A DNA stretch of 57,366 bases from Nitrospiraceae bacterium (GTDB lineage: Bacteria; Nitrospirota; Nitrospiria; Nitrospirales; Nitrospiraceae), in the NCBI GenBank assembly GCA_037442105.1, contig JBBIQV010000015.1, positions 1 through 57,366 on the forward strand. Reading direction: 5' to 3'. Positions within the stretch are counted from its first letter, which is position 1, and each line of letters starts with the position of its first letter. The translations under genes and the position numbers were made by a program. The notes under the pieces are model-generated. The model ran no database searches. It was not told the DNA's origin and saw only the letters and a program-made list of their open reading frames with translations. Positions 1-8,563 of this stretch are shown piece after piece.

Positions 1-139
1 CCGCGCCCCAGACGGCCGCCGGCAGGTGAGCCCATGCGACGCGCGGCCACTTGAGGATCAGCAGCGCGCCGAGTAGCACAAAGAGCACGAAGCCCACATG
101 GAGGATGACAACAAGGTCGGCCAAGATGTGAAAAAGCAT
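1..139 (-). CDS. DUF2784-family membrane protein (5' part; runs off window)
   Basis: Manual translation from ATG at 139: MLFHILADLVVILHVGFVLFVLLGALLILKWPRVAWAHLPAAVWGA, a typical DUF2784 N-terminus. Not in the ORF track. Confidence 0.75.
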   Translation of the reverse strand, partial: MLFHILADLVVILHVGFVLFVLLGALLILKWPRVAWAHLPAAVWGA

Positions 140-149
140 GGGGGCCCAA

Positions 150-737
150 TCAAAACAGCGAAGCGGTTTCTGGCATTTTAGGATAGAACAACAGCCCCTT
201 CTCGATCTTGGCGAAGGAGGTGAGGCGATGAAGGGTTGCCTGTTGAGTCGTCATGATATGCCGGACCTCCGACCCGTGCATCACCAACGCATCGGCAATC
301 AGCGACCGATGGCAGCGCCAGGGCACGGCCTCGGCGCACATGATCGCCACGCGGAAGGGGCGCGTCTCGGCGCGCCCGGGGTGGGCGGGTGAGAAAGATA
401 GCTTTCGGCTGTCAGCTATCAGCTCATCCAACGATTTCCGGAATTCATGAGTCTGCATATAGTCCGCATAGCCGCGGAAGCTCTCGTTCCGCCAGCCGGT
501 GTTCATCGAGTCTTTACTCGTTTTTCGCAAGCCACCGAGTCTGGCTGAATGCTGATAGCTGATGGCTGCATCAGCCAGGCTTCTGGCCAGCGCTTCCGTA
601 TTGAACTGCGGATTGTGCCGCGAACGGGGGATCGTGCGCACGTCCACAAGCTGCCGAATTCCGTGCGCGCGCAAGAGCGCAAGGAATTCCTCGATGGGAT
701 GAGTCGAATGGCCGATGGTCCAGAGAATGTGCGCCAT
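150..737 (-). CDS. DUF488-family protein
   Basis: Motifs TIGHSTH, LVDVRTIPRSRHNPQFN, LGGLR, AIMCAEAVPWRCHRSLIADAL. Start placed at MAHILWT (737). Carries a roughly 16-aa extra segment (see findings). Confidence 0.9.
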   Translation of the reverse strand: MAHILWTIGHSTHPIEEFLALLRAHGIRQLVDVRTIPRSRHNPQFNTEALARSLADAAISYQHSARLGGLRKTSKDSMNTGWRNESFRGYADYMQTHEFRKSLDELIADSRKLSFSPAHPGRAETRPFRVAIMCAEAVPWRCHRSLIADALVMHGSEVRHIMTTQQATLHRLTSFAKIEKGLLFYPKMPETASLF

Positions 738-808
738 CGCGTGGATATTCTGGCACAAGGCGAGAGGGGTTCGCTAATCGTTGACGGACGACCGGACGCA
801 AATAGCCC

Positions 809-841
809 TTGACATTATCACTGCCTACTAGTAGGTAGGTT
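809..841 (+). promoter_or_regulatory. Promoter of tetR with overlapping palindromic operator CCTACTAGTAGG (824-835)
   Basis: TTGACA at 809-814. Perfect 12-bp palindrome immediately upstream of the tetR ATG (847), the usual layout for TetR autoregulation. Confidence 0.65.
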
Positions 842-846
842 GCACA

Positions 847-1422
847 ATGACACAACCGGACACGAAGACGGCGATCCTTGACGCGGCCCAAGACCTCATC
901 CAGCGGGTCGGCGCGAATGCGATGAGCTATCAGCACATCAGCGAGGTCGTGGGGATTCGGAAGGCCAGCATCCATCACCACTTTCCCAGCAAGGAGACGC
1001 TCCTCAAAGAACTCATCGATCGCTATAGCCGGCAGTTTCTCGGTCTGGTCGATGACATTATCGCTTCGGATGTGGGGCCGGCGACCAAGCTGCGGCGGTA
1101 TGCGTCGTTGTTTGAGGCCACGCTCTCGGAAGGACGACAGAACAAGGCCTGTCTTTGCGGGATGTTGAGCGCCGAGGTGGAAGCTTTGGGGAGGGGCGCT
1201 GCCGCGGGCCTGCGCCGGTTCTATCGCGAGAACGAGCGACGATTGACCCTGATATTGGAGGAAGGCCAGCGCCGGAGGGAGTTCAGGTTCGAGGGCGAGC
1301 CTCGAACGATAGCCGCGCTGATCTTTCAACTACTGGAGGGCAGCATGTTGATTGCGCGGGCGGATGGAGGGGTGAAACGCTTTCGCGCCGTCACCGAACA
1401 GATGATGAAGTTGCTTCGCTGA
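847..1422 (+). CDS. TetR/AcrR family regulator (NemR/AcuR-like)
   Basis: N-terminal HTH (ILDAAQDLIQRVGANAMSYQHISEVVGIRKASIHHHFPSKE) and C-terminal CLCGML motif. Confidence 0.92.
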   Translation: MTQPDTKTAILDAAQDLIQRVGANAMSYQHISEVVGIRKASIHHHFPSKETLLKELIDRYSRQFLGLVDDIIASDVGPATKLRRYASLFEATLSEGRQNKACLCGMLSAEVEALGRGAAAGLRRFYRENERRLTLILEEGQRRREFRFEGEPRTIAALIFQLLEGSMLIARADGGVKRFRAVTEQMMKLLR

Positions 1423-1530
1423 TCCGCCGTCCGTCAAACCGGTTCATGTGTCGAGAGAAGGCAGCGAGTACTCGCGAGAAAGGCAACGGAGAGTTCACGT
1501 CAGGTCGAAGAGCCTGGAAAGGAGGCGGTT

Positions 1531-2142
1531 ATGAGACAGTTCATGTATTGCATGTTGGCAGCGGTCCTCTGTCTTAGCATGGCGACTGTGGCGATGGCGG
1601 GAGAGAAGGGACACAAGAAAGGTGGAGGCGGGAAAGATCTCAAATCCATGTCTCAAGAGGAACAGATCAAGGTGGCGTTGAGCGCCGCGCCTGCCTCTAT
1701 CGCCAAGGACGCCGGCGTCATGCTGCCGGGCGAAGACGGAAAATTGGTCGAGGTGAAGAAAGGGACCAACGGCTTCACCTGCATCCCCACCGTCAACAAC
1801 CGGCCCGATCCGGACCCCATGTGCTTCGATGCGGCGGTGGGTCAGTGGGTGGACGCGCTGGTCAATAAGAAGGACAAACCGGGCAACACCGTTCCCGGCA
1901 TTTCCTACATGGCTCGTGGAGGCTATCACTGGGAGAAAGACGGCAAAGTGCTGATGGACGAAGAGCCTGGCGCCAAGCTGGTGAAGGAGCCGCCCCATTG
2001 GATGATGATGTGGCCGTTCACTTCCCAGGAGACCAAATTACCGACTGTGCCCAATCCGTCCGGCGTGTGGATCATGTTTGACGGTACCCCGTTTGCGCAT
2101 CTGATGGTCCATCAAGATCCGAACAAGATGAAGGAGAAATAA
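1531..2142 (+). CDS. Secreted/periplasmic conserved hypothetical protein (Cys/His/Met motifs)
   Basis: Strong SD AAGGAGG, signal peptide ending AMA, motifs SAAP, GTNGFTC, PMC, GISYM, PPHWMM, AHLM. Confidence 0.8.
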   Translation: MRQFMYCMLAAVLCLSMATVAMAGEKGHKKGGGGKDLKSMSQEEQIKVALSAAPASIAKDAGVMLPGEDGKLVEVKKGTNGFTCIPTVNNRPDPDPMCFDAAVGQWVDALVNKKDKPGNTVPGISYMARGGYHWEKDGKVLMDEEPGAKLVKEPPHWMMMWPFTSQETKLPTVPNPSGVWIMFDGTPFAHLMVHQDPNKMKEK

Positions 2143-2151
2143 ACCGGTCGA

Positions 2152-2179
2152 GGGGCCGGGCGGTGTCTTGCCCGGCCTC
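2152..2179 (+). terminator. GC-rich hairpin after the 1531-2142 gene
   Basis: GGCCGGGC-N8-GCCCGGCC with a weak U-tail. Confidence 0.45.
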
Positions 2180-2204
2180 TTCCGCACAGAAGGGGTTTGA
2201 TGGA

Positions 2205-2270
2205 GGCGCCGCGCAGATCGGCGAGCTGGTCCAAAACGAAATACTTGAAACCGTTCTGCTCGGTGGGCAT
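2205..2270 (-). pseudogene. 5' fragment of a TfoX/Sxy-family gene
   Basis: ATG at 2270 gives MPTEQNGFKYFVLDQLADLRG, resembling TfoX N-termini. Similarity stops where the plus-strand cassette begins. Confidence 0.55.
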
Positions 2271-2278
2271 CGCGGGCC

Positions 2279-3139
2279 TCAGACCGGTTTTCTGGCCGAC
2301 ACGAACCGGACGGCGATGGGCAGGGCGACGGTCTTGCCCGATCTGTAGGTCTCAGCGGCCTGAACGATGCGCGTCTTGGCCTCAGTTTTCTGCTAGTCGG
2401 AGAGTTTCGCGAAGAGATTCTGAATCGGCGCGGCGATGTCCATCAGGCTTGCATAGTACTCCTCTCCGGAGGGAAACCGCACGTCGGCAATAAACTCTTC
2501 CTCGGCGATATTCGCCAATCCCGCCTGCCGCATCATGCCTGCCAGATCGCCCGACTTTGCCAGCCGAAAAATCCCCGGTGCTGCCGGATCGGGCGGCGGC
2601 AAGTCGATCAACGTTTTGATGACGTCCAAGGGAATACGGATATAGGGATTGTGGTCAGGCGATGACCACACGGCGGTTGCACAATACCCGCCTGGTTTCA
2701 GCACGCGTGTGATCTCTCGTGAGGCCGCGGGGATCTCCGGCAGAAACATCAGGCAGAAGCGACTGGTGACCGCCTCGAATGAGGCGGCCTCAAACGGGAA
2801 CGTGGTCACGTCACCGGTGCGAAAGATCACATTGGTGAGGCCCAGTCGTTGCGCTTTCCGCTCCGCTGCAGCGAGCATCGCTTCGGCGAGGTCGATCCCG
2901 ATGACGCTTCCCGATGAGCCGACCGTCTGTGCTGCGAGCAGCGCAGGATAGCCGGTGCCGGAGCCCAGATCCAGGACCCGGTGTCCCGAGCGCAACCGCG
3001 CGTCGGCGACAAGTCGATGATTGAGAAAGGCCATCTGCTCGTCGAAGAACCGGTCCCACTTCTCCCACCCGGCGGCGACGCGGTTCCAGTCCTGACGTTG
3101 GCCTTCGATGATCTGTTCCGCCATCTGCTGTTGTGTCAT
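2279..3139 (-). pseudogene. Class I SAM methyltransferase (UbiE/Methyltransf_11-like) with an internal in-frame TAG at 2393-2395
   Basis: VLDLGSGTG motif I. Reading through the TAG gives QKTEAKTRIVQAAETYRSGKTVALPIAVRFVSARKPV and a stop at 2279-2281, a typical methyltransferase C-terminal strand. Confidence 0.8.
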
Positions 3140-3191
3140 ACGTGTCCTTCTTACGAATGACGAATGACCAATGGCGGTTGACGTAATTCCC

Positions 3192-3373
3192 TTATCCGCC
3201 GCTCAACGCACAGACAATGTGCACATGATCGTTCTTCTGGAGTGGTGTCGTGAGCGGAAACGTCTGTTCGTCGTTGACAAAAATCCTGATGTGCGGCCTG
3301 ATGCGGTCCTGCTCCGTGATAATCCGAAACCGGATCGCGGGAAAGCGGTAGTCCAAGCCGTCCAGCACCTCGC
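3192..3373 (-). pseudogene. 3' fragment of MoaD/ThiS ubiquitin-like sulfur carrier
   Basis: Manual translation REVLDGLDYRFPAIRFRIITEQDRIRPHIRIFVNDEQ...VHIVCALSGG* with a C-terminal di-Gly. No in-frame start; the 5' end is replaced by an IS remnant. Confidence 0.8.
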
Positions 3374-3460
3374 GCTCGAAGCTTGGTCTGCCGCTTGTAA
3401 AGCTGATTGCGGGCGATACCGAGTTCGCGGGCGATCTCCGAGGCGGGCCGCCTCACCCTG
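3374..3460 (-). mobile_element. IS3-family OrfA (HTH) transposase remnant
   Basis: RPASEIARELGIARNQLYKRQTKL resembles HTH_Tnp_1. No OrfB or terminal repeats seen. Confidence 0.6.
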
Positions 3461-3670
3461 CCCCCCCCGATGTATGCCCCCCATTGAGGTGCGATGCCTC
3501 GGGGTGAGCCTGTGCTGAGGTGTTGTCGGTGGCTCGTCTCATTCGTGAAGGTTCGTGACCCCGCCACAACCTGGTCCGGCTGGAGCCATACATCCGTTTC
3601 GGCGAACCGGTCGTAGTGCAGGTGAAGGAAACGTCACAGGTCCCCATTCATTCACAGAAAGGAGTCATCC

Positions 3671-3952
3671 ATGAAATTCATGCTCACCTTCAGGCTGCCG
3701 TCGGATAAGGACAAACGAAACGAGGCTATTGCGCGATTCCAGAAGACGGGCGGGCAGCCGCCTCACGGAGCCAAACTGTTGGGACGTTGGACGCGGCTGG
3801 ATATGAGTCAGGTGTATGTGCTGGCAGAATCCGATGATCCGAAAGCGTTGGCCGGGTTTGCCATCGATTGGAGCGATCTCCTTGAAGTGGAGACGGCGCC
3901 GGTCATGGAAGACCAGGACTTGTCCGACGTGTTGAAGCGCGTCGCCAAGTAG
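3671..3952 (+). CDS. DUF3303-family protein
   Basis: MKFMLTF...ARFQKTGGQPPHGAKLLGRW...ESDDPKAL...WSDLLE..PV pattern; SD AAGGAG. Confidence 0.85.
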   Translation: MKFMLTFRLPSDKDKRNEAIARFQKTGGQPPHGAKLLGRWTRLDMSQVYVLAESDDPKALAGFAIDWSDLLEVETAPVMEDQDLSDVLKRVAK

Positions 3953-4048
3953 GTCCGGCTCGAGACGGGCGGCCCCAGGTGGAAAGGGGGCCGCCCTCCA
4001 GAACCCAGTCGGCCACCAGAATCACGAGAATGAGAGGGAGGAACGAGC

Positions 4049-5080
4049 ATGCGCATTCAGGCAATGGCCGCCAAAAGCCAAGGGGACGAATTGGCGCCCT
4101 GGACCTATGAGCCGCCTGCCCTTGGTCCCTTCGACTGTCTGCTGCGTGTTCTGGCTTGTGGTCTGTGCAGCAGCGACCTGCATATGATCGATAACCACTG
4201 GGCCATGTCCCGCTACCCGCTCGTGCCGGGACACGAAGTGGTCGGGGAGGTGGCGGACATCGGCTCGCGTGTCAGTCAGCTATCCGTCGGTGATCGGGTC
4301 GGCGTCGGGTGGCAGCGGTCAGCCTGCTTCCAGTGCCGCGATTGTACGAGAGGAACCGAGCACCTCTGTAACAAGGGCTACCAAGCCTTGCTCGCAGACG
4401 GCTATGGCGGCTTTGCGGAATATATGGTTGCGGACAGCCGGTTTTGTTTTCCCATCCCCGGCGGGCTTTCGGCCGACGTGGCCGGTCCGCTGCTCTGCGG
4501 GGGGATCACGGTCTACTCGGCCCTGCATGCCGCCGGCATGACCTCGGGTCAAGAGCCTCAAGAAATTGGGGTGATCGGGCTCGGCGGCCTCGGGCACCTG
4601 GCGATCCAGTTCGCAGCCAAGTCGGGGCATCGCGTGACCGTGTTCACGTCAAGCGAGGAGAAGGCCGCCGCCGCGACTCAGTTGGGCGCCCACCACACGA
4701 TCCTCACCCGACCGGACGGCCGTCCCGCCGCGCACTCGACTCGGCCTCTCGATCTCCTGATCAGCACGGTGCCGAGTCAGCTCCCGTGGGAGGCGTACGT
4801 CGAGAGAGTCCGGCCCGGCGGCGCGCTGACCTTCGTGGGCGTCCCCCCAGGGCTGGCCGCCCTTCCCCTGGCCGCCATGATCCTGCAGCGTCGTCGGTTG
4901 CTCACGAGCTCCATCGCCGGCCGCCCGATGATCCGGGAGACGCTGGAAACCGCCGCGCGCCTCGGGGTGAAGCCCACCATCGAGACCTTCCCGTTAGCCG
5001 AGGTCAACCGCGCCATCCGGCGGTTACGCGACAACCGGGTCCGCTACCGCGCGGTGCTGACGATCGAACAGCGACCATGA
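4049..5080 (+). CDS. Zn-dependent NAD(P)H alcohol dehydrogenase/aldehyde reductase (CAD/Ahr-like)
   Basis: CSSD, GHEVVG, structural Zn cysteines, PLLCGGITVY, GLGGLGH, RYRAVL. Confidence 0.92.
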   Translation: MRIQAMAAKSQGDELAPWTYEPPALGPFDCLLRVLACGLCSSDLHMIDNHWAMSRYPLVPGHEVVGEVADIGSRVSQLSVGDRVGVGWQRSACFQCRDCTRGTEHLCNKGYQALLADGYGGFAEYMVADSRFCFPIPGGLSADVAGPLLCGGITVYSALHAAGMTSGQEPQEIGVIGLGGLGHLAIQFAAKSGHRVTVFTSSEEKAAAATQLGAHHTILTRPDGRPAAHSTRPLDLLISTVPSQLPWEAYVERVRPGGALTFVGVPPGLAALPLAAMILQRRRLLTSSIAGRPMIRETLETAARLGVKPTIETFPLAEVNRAIRRLRDNRVRYRAVLTIEQRP

Positions 5081-5622
5081 GGCGCGTCGTGTCATCTTCT
5101 TCTCTGCGTCACCTGCTGTCGATCCTCACGGCTCTCCTTGTCATCGTCGTGGCCGGCGGGCTTGGGTATGGATACTCCCGCACCCTCTTGTCGGAAGGCA
5201 GTCCCAAACAGGATGCATTCGTGAAAGGCACGTTGCCGTCTCCCGTGCCGGACGGCTTTCTGCATGGATCCGTCGATGGCGTCCAGGTGTCATGGAAAGG
5301 CAAGAAGATGCAGGCCAAGGATCGCACCGGCATCAACGTCTTCGCCGGAGAGAACGGCGACGAAGAGCGCTATCCGTTCAAGACCGCCCCCGCCAAGGGC
5401 CTCCATGACCAGGATCTCGATGTGCTTCGAATCGATTATGATCTTCCGGGCAATCCCTTCTGGCTTCGACGCATCACCGATGAGATCGTCCAAGTGGAGC
5501 GAGGACACTACTTGGGCAAAGTGCACGTTCGTATTGTGCCCGGCTATCCGTTTACCATGGGATACTTCCGGCTTGACCAGTCGATCGACGCGTCGCCGGA
5601 ACGGGGGGAGCGGTTGGCGTAA
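5077..5622 (+). CDS. Membrane-anchored hypothetical protein
   Basis: Start MRRVVSS overlaps the ADH stop (ATGA). N-terminal TM helix; conserved-looking WKGK...LRIDYDLPGNPFWLRRITDEIVQV..GHYLGK. Confidence 0.7.
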   Translation: MRRVVSSSSLRHLLSILTALLVIVVAGGLGYGYSRTLLSEGSPKQDAFVKGTLPSPVPDGFLHGSVDGVQVSWKGKKMQAKDRTGINVFAGENGDEERYPFKTAPAKGLHDQDLDVLRIDYDLPGNPFWLRRITDEIVQVERGHYLGKVHVRIVPGYPFTMGYFRLDQSIDASPERGERLA

Positions 5623-5728
5623 TTCCCTCGTCCCAACAGTTCTGGCCTGACCTGGCTAGGTCCTCGACCGGAGCCGAAGCGGGCTCACCTGTGATGACTC
5701 GAACCACCCCTAGCATGGAGGAGCGACA

Positions 5729-6121
5729 ATGATGACAAGCGATATCCGAACTCACATCGCCACGGCGAACAGCAAACTGATGGGGGCGTTCAAGCGCGGT
5801 GACGCGCTGGCGATCGCTCACCTGTATATGTCCGAGGCCCACCTGCTTCCGGCCCACAGCGACGTCGTCCGTGGCACGGCGGCTATTCGGACGTTCTGGC
5901 AGGCGCTGATCGACATGGGTCTCAAGGAGGCGACCGTGGAAACGGTGGAGCTAGAGGCGCACGGCGAAACGGCCATCGAAGTGGGGCGCTACCGGCTCTT
6001 CGCGGACGGGGGTGCCGTGGCCGACCAGGGCAAGTACCTCGTGGTGTGGAAGCACGACGGGGGCACGTGGAAGCTCCATCGTGACATCTGGACGACCAGC
6101 CAGCCGGCCGCCGCCTCGTGA
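5729..6121 (+). CDS. DUF4440/YybH SnoaL/NTF2-like protein
   Basis: GDALAIAHLY, VRGTAAIRTFW, AIEVGRY, GKYLVVWK...WKLHRDIW; SD GGAGGA. Confidence 0.9.
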   Translation: MMTSDIRTHIATANSKLMGAFKRGDALAIAHLYMSEAHLLPAHSDVVRGTAAIRTFWQALIDMGLKEATVETVELEAHGETAIEVGRYRLFADGGAVADQGKYLVVWKHDGGTWKLHRDIWTTSQPAAAS

Positions 6122-6159
6122 CGCTGCTGAACCAGCGGCTGCGCCTGACGGCGGCCGAT

Positions 6160-6596
6160 CGAGCGTGCGATCTCCGGCGGCAGCTCTCGGAATTTCGGGA
6201 AGGAACATGAGGCAGAAGCGGCTGGTGATCGCGTCGAACGAGGCCGCGTCGAAGGGCAGCGTCGTGGCGTCACCGGTCCGAAAGGTCACTTGGGCGAGCC
6301 CCAGCCGCTTCGCCTTGCGCGTCGCGACGGCCAGCATATCGGCCGCAAGGTCGAGACCGGTCACGCGGCCGGTCGGGCCGACCGTCTGGCGCAGCCAGCA
6401 AAGCCGGGTAGCCGGTACCGGAGCCGAGATCGAACACCCGCAGGCCCGATCGGAGGCGCGCGTCGGCGACCAGCCGGTGATTGAGGAAGGCCATCTGCTC
6501 GTCTAGGAAACGATCCCATTTTTCCCATGAGCCAGCGACCCGGTTCCAATCCTGTCGCTGTGTCTCGATGACTTGTTCTGGAGTCTGCTGAGCCAA
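6160..6596 (-). pseudogene. Second copy of the SAM methyltransferase, frameshifted and truncated
   Basis: Near-identical N-terminus (QRQDWNRVAGSWEKWDRFLDEQMAFLNHRLVADARLRSG). Frameshift near 6390; similarity ends after CLMFLPEIP near 6160. Confidence 0.85.
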
Positions 6597-6652
6597 GACA
6601 GGCGTTCCTATTGACCGATGACCAATGACCAATGACCAATGACTTCTCAATG

Positions 6653-7087
6653 TCACTTCAAGGCCTGAAGCGTCTCTCGCAACTCTTTGACCTCCGCCGC
6701 GAGAAGATCCAGATGCTGGTCGCGTTGCGGCTGGTCGTCCTTGTATTTCCACAATCGCTTAAAGATGGCCCAGAGCTCTTTATCGTGGGTCACGGCCAAC
6801 GCATAGGCGGGCTGTTCCCGCTTGGCCTTATCGACACAACAGAGCGAGTTATGGAGCGCGTGAAATTGATTGTGAAGGTCGTCGAAGGCTTGATCAACGC
6901 CTCTTCCTCCCTTCGCCGCCTTCGCGCTGGTTTCTATCATGTTGGTCAGGTTGATTAGGGTCTCGATACTGTTCGAGCCCTTGGCCTTTTCCGCGAAGTC
7001 CTTGGCATTCGGATAGAACAGATAGCTGCAGCCGCTGAGCCCCAGGAACACGAGCGCCATCGTGAAGAGCCCGATACCTCGTTGCAT
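6653..7087 (-). CDS. Helical lipoprotein, hypothetical
   Basis: SD GGAGG then MQRGIG; lipobox LSGC. Confidence 0.8.
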   Translation of the reverse strand: MQRGIGLFTMALVFLGLSGCSYLFYPNAKDFAEKAKGSNSIETLINLTNMIETSAKAAKGGRGVDQAFDDLHNQFHALHNSLCCVDKAKREQPAYALAVTHDKELWAIFKRLWKYKDDQPQRDQHLDLLAAEVKELRETLQALK

Positions 7088-7147
7088 AAAAACCTCCTTG
7101 TAGTGAACAGATTGACCAAATATCCGCATCGTTCCTTGCTTCTTTGG

Positions 7148-7498
7148 CTATCGCCGTGGTGCTCTCCGGTTCACCGGCTGCAGGCTGGCGGCGAAGTCCA
7201 ACCCTTTCGTGAGCCACTTGCGGAGTTGGGCCGTACTTTTGGTGCCGTCAGGACCGACATAGACATAGCCCTTCATCGGCTTTCCGGTGAAGTCCATGGG
7301 TCTCGTGTGCGGCTCCTTCAATGCTAGGTCGTTGGCCTCGGGCCCTACGCGCACGACCAAATCGTCTTTCAAGATGCCCGCGAACATCTTCCCGTAGGAC
7401 AGATAGGCCAGACCGCCGAACATCTTTTTCTCTACTATCACACGCTGCCCTTTGAGGAGCGCTCGAACACGCACCGCCAGCTGCTCATCGTAGGCCAT
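7148..7498 (-). CDS. TfoX/Sxy N-terminal domain protein
   Basis: MAYDEQLA.RVR, EKKMFGG, LVVRVGP, MDFTGKPMKGYVYV. Confidence 0.88.
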   Translation of the reverse strand: MAYDEQLAVRVRALLKGQRVIVEKKMFGGLAYLSYGKMFAGILKDDLVVRVGPEANDLALKEPHTRPMDFTGKPMKGYVYVGPDGTKSTAQLRKWLTKGLDFAASLQPVNRRAPRR

Positions 7499-7585
7499 GG
7501 GCGGGTGCTCCTTTCGCATAAATCGCACCCATGACGGTTCCTCCTCGGGAACTTGTACGGTGCAAATCTCTATGAACGGACAGTC

Positions 7586-8482
7586 TTACTGTGTGCGAAG
7601 GTGCCGCAACACCTTTCGAATGGCCTCGATAATTCGATCCGGCCGATCTTCTTGCAGATAGTGCGACGCATCATCCAAGGTTTCCACCTGAGCCTGCGGG
7701 AACATTGTCCGCCAGCGGTCCAGGTAATGCTCCTTGCCGAACGCGGGGTCCTTCATGGCCCACACCAGCGCCAGCGGCTTGTTCCGGAGAACGGACAGCT
7801 TGGACTCAATCGCCGCCAGCCAATCGGCGGATCGACGGATCTCGCCGGGAAACACCCATGTGCCGATCCGTGAGGCTTCGGTTGGAAACGGGTCTGTGTA
7901 GGCTCGGCGGAGCGCAGGCGTGACTTTGTCTTTGTGAAAGATGCAGCCCGGCACCACCATGGAGGCGAAGAAGTTCTTCTTGAGCTGGAGATACCGGCCG
8001 GGAAACCACCCGCCCATCACCACGGAGAAAACCTTGCTTGGCCAATCCGGCCGCCAGCACCATGTGTTGAGGATGACCAGACCGCTGAAATCCCGTGGCC
8101 GTCTCGTGGCGAGTGAGAGACCGATCGGCCCGCCCCAGTCCTGGCACACGAGAATGATGTGCTTCAGCCCAAGGTGATCGATCAGCGCGTCCACCCACTG
8201 GGCATGCTCAAACGGCGTATAGCCGTACCCAGGCGGATGGTCCGAGAATCCAAAACCGGGATAGTCCGGCGCGACGCAACGAGCCTCGGTCCGAAGCTCC
8301 TTGATGACGTGGCGATAGAGGTACGACCAGGTCGGGTTGCCGTGCAGCAACAGCACCGGCGTGCCGCTTCCTTCGTCTACGTAGTGCATGACGCTGCCGT
8401 CGCGCTGCAGCCAATGGTCGGCAAACGGGTACTCCTGAGGATCAACCGGAAATGTCCGTGAACCCGATGGCGGTGTCTCCAT
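7586..8482 (-). CDS. Haloalkane dehalogenase-like alpha/beta hydrolase
   Basis: MHYVDEG, LHGNPTWSYLYR, QDWGGP nucleophile, catalytic His in SHYLQED. Start at METPP is uncertain. Confidence 0.88.
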   Translation of the reverse strand: METPPSGSRTFPVDPQEYPFADHWLQRDGSVMHYVDEGSGTPVLLLHGNPTWSYLYRHVIKELRTEARCVAPDYPGFGFSDHPPGYGYTPFEHAQWVDALIDHLGLKHIILVCQDWGGPIGLSLATRRPRDFSGLVILNTWCWRPDWPSKVFSVVMGGWFPGRYLQLKKNFFASMVVPGCIFHKDKVTPALRRAYTDPFPTEASRIGTWVFPGEIRRSADWLAAIESKLSVLRNKPLALVWAMKDPAFGKEHYLDRWRTMFPQAQVETLDDASHYLQEDRPDRIIEAIRKVLRHLRTQ

Positions 8483-8563
8483 TGGCGAACCGTCCTTCCT
8501 GCGCTTGCGCTCATGGTTGCCGGCTTGAGCCCACGTGTTCATCCCCAAAACGGTGCGTCGTTG

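Noticed and set aside
1423..1530. Possible riboswitch in this spacer, also considered for 3520-3670 and 12520-12780
   Set aside because: No consensus of a known riboswitch class recognised; an Rfam scan would be needed.
2393..2395. Pyrrolysine or alternative genetic code
   Set aside because: TAG is a normal stop in many genes here (nmrA, fabH, fabF, dnaG). The enzyme is not a methylamine methyltransferase and no pyl genes are in the window.
4444..5076. N-terminal 211 aa of the 392-aa ORF 4444-5622
   Set aside because: Arg/Pro-rich alternative frame overlapping the ADH gene; the real start is 5077.
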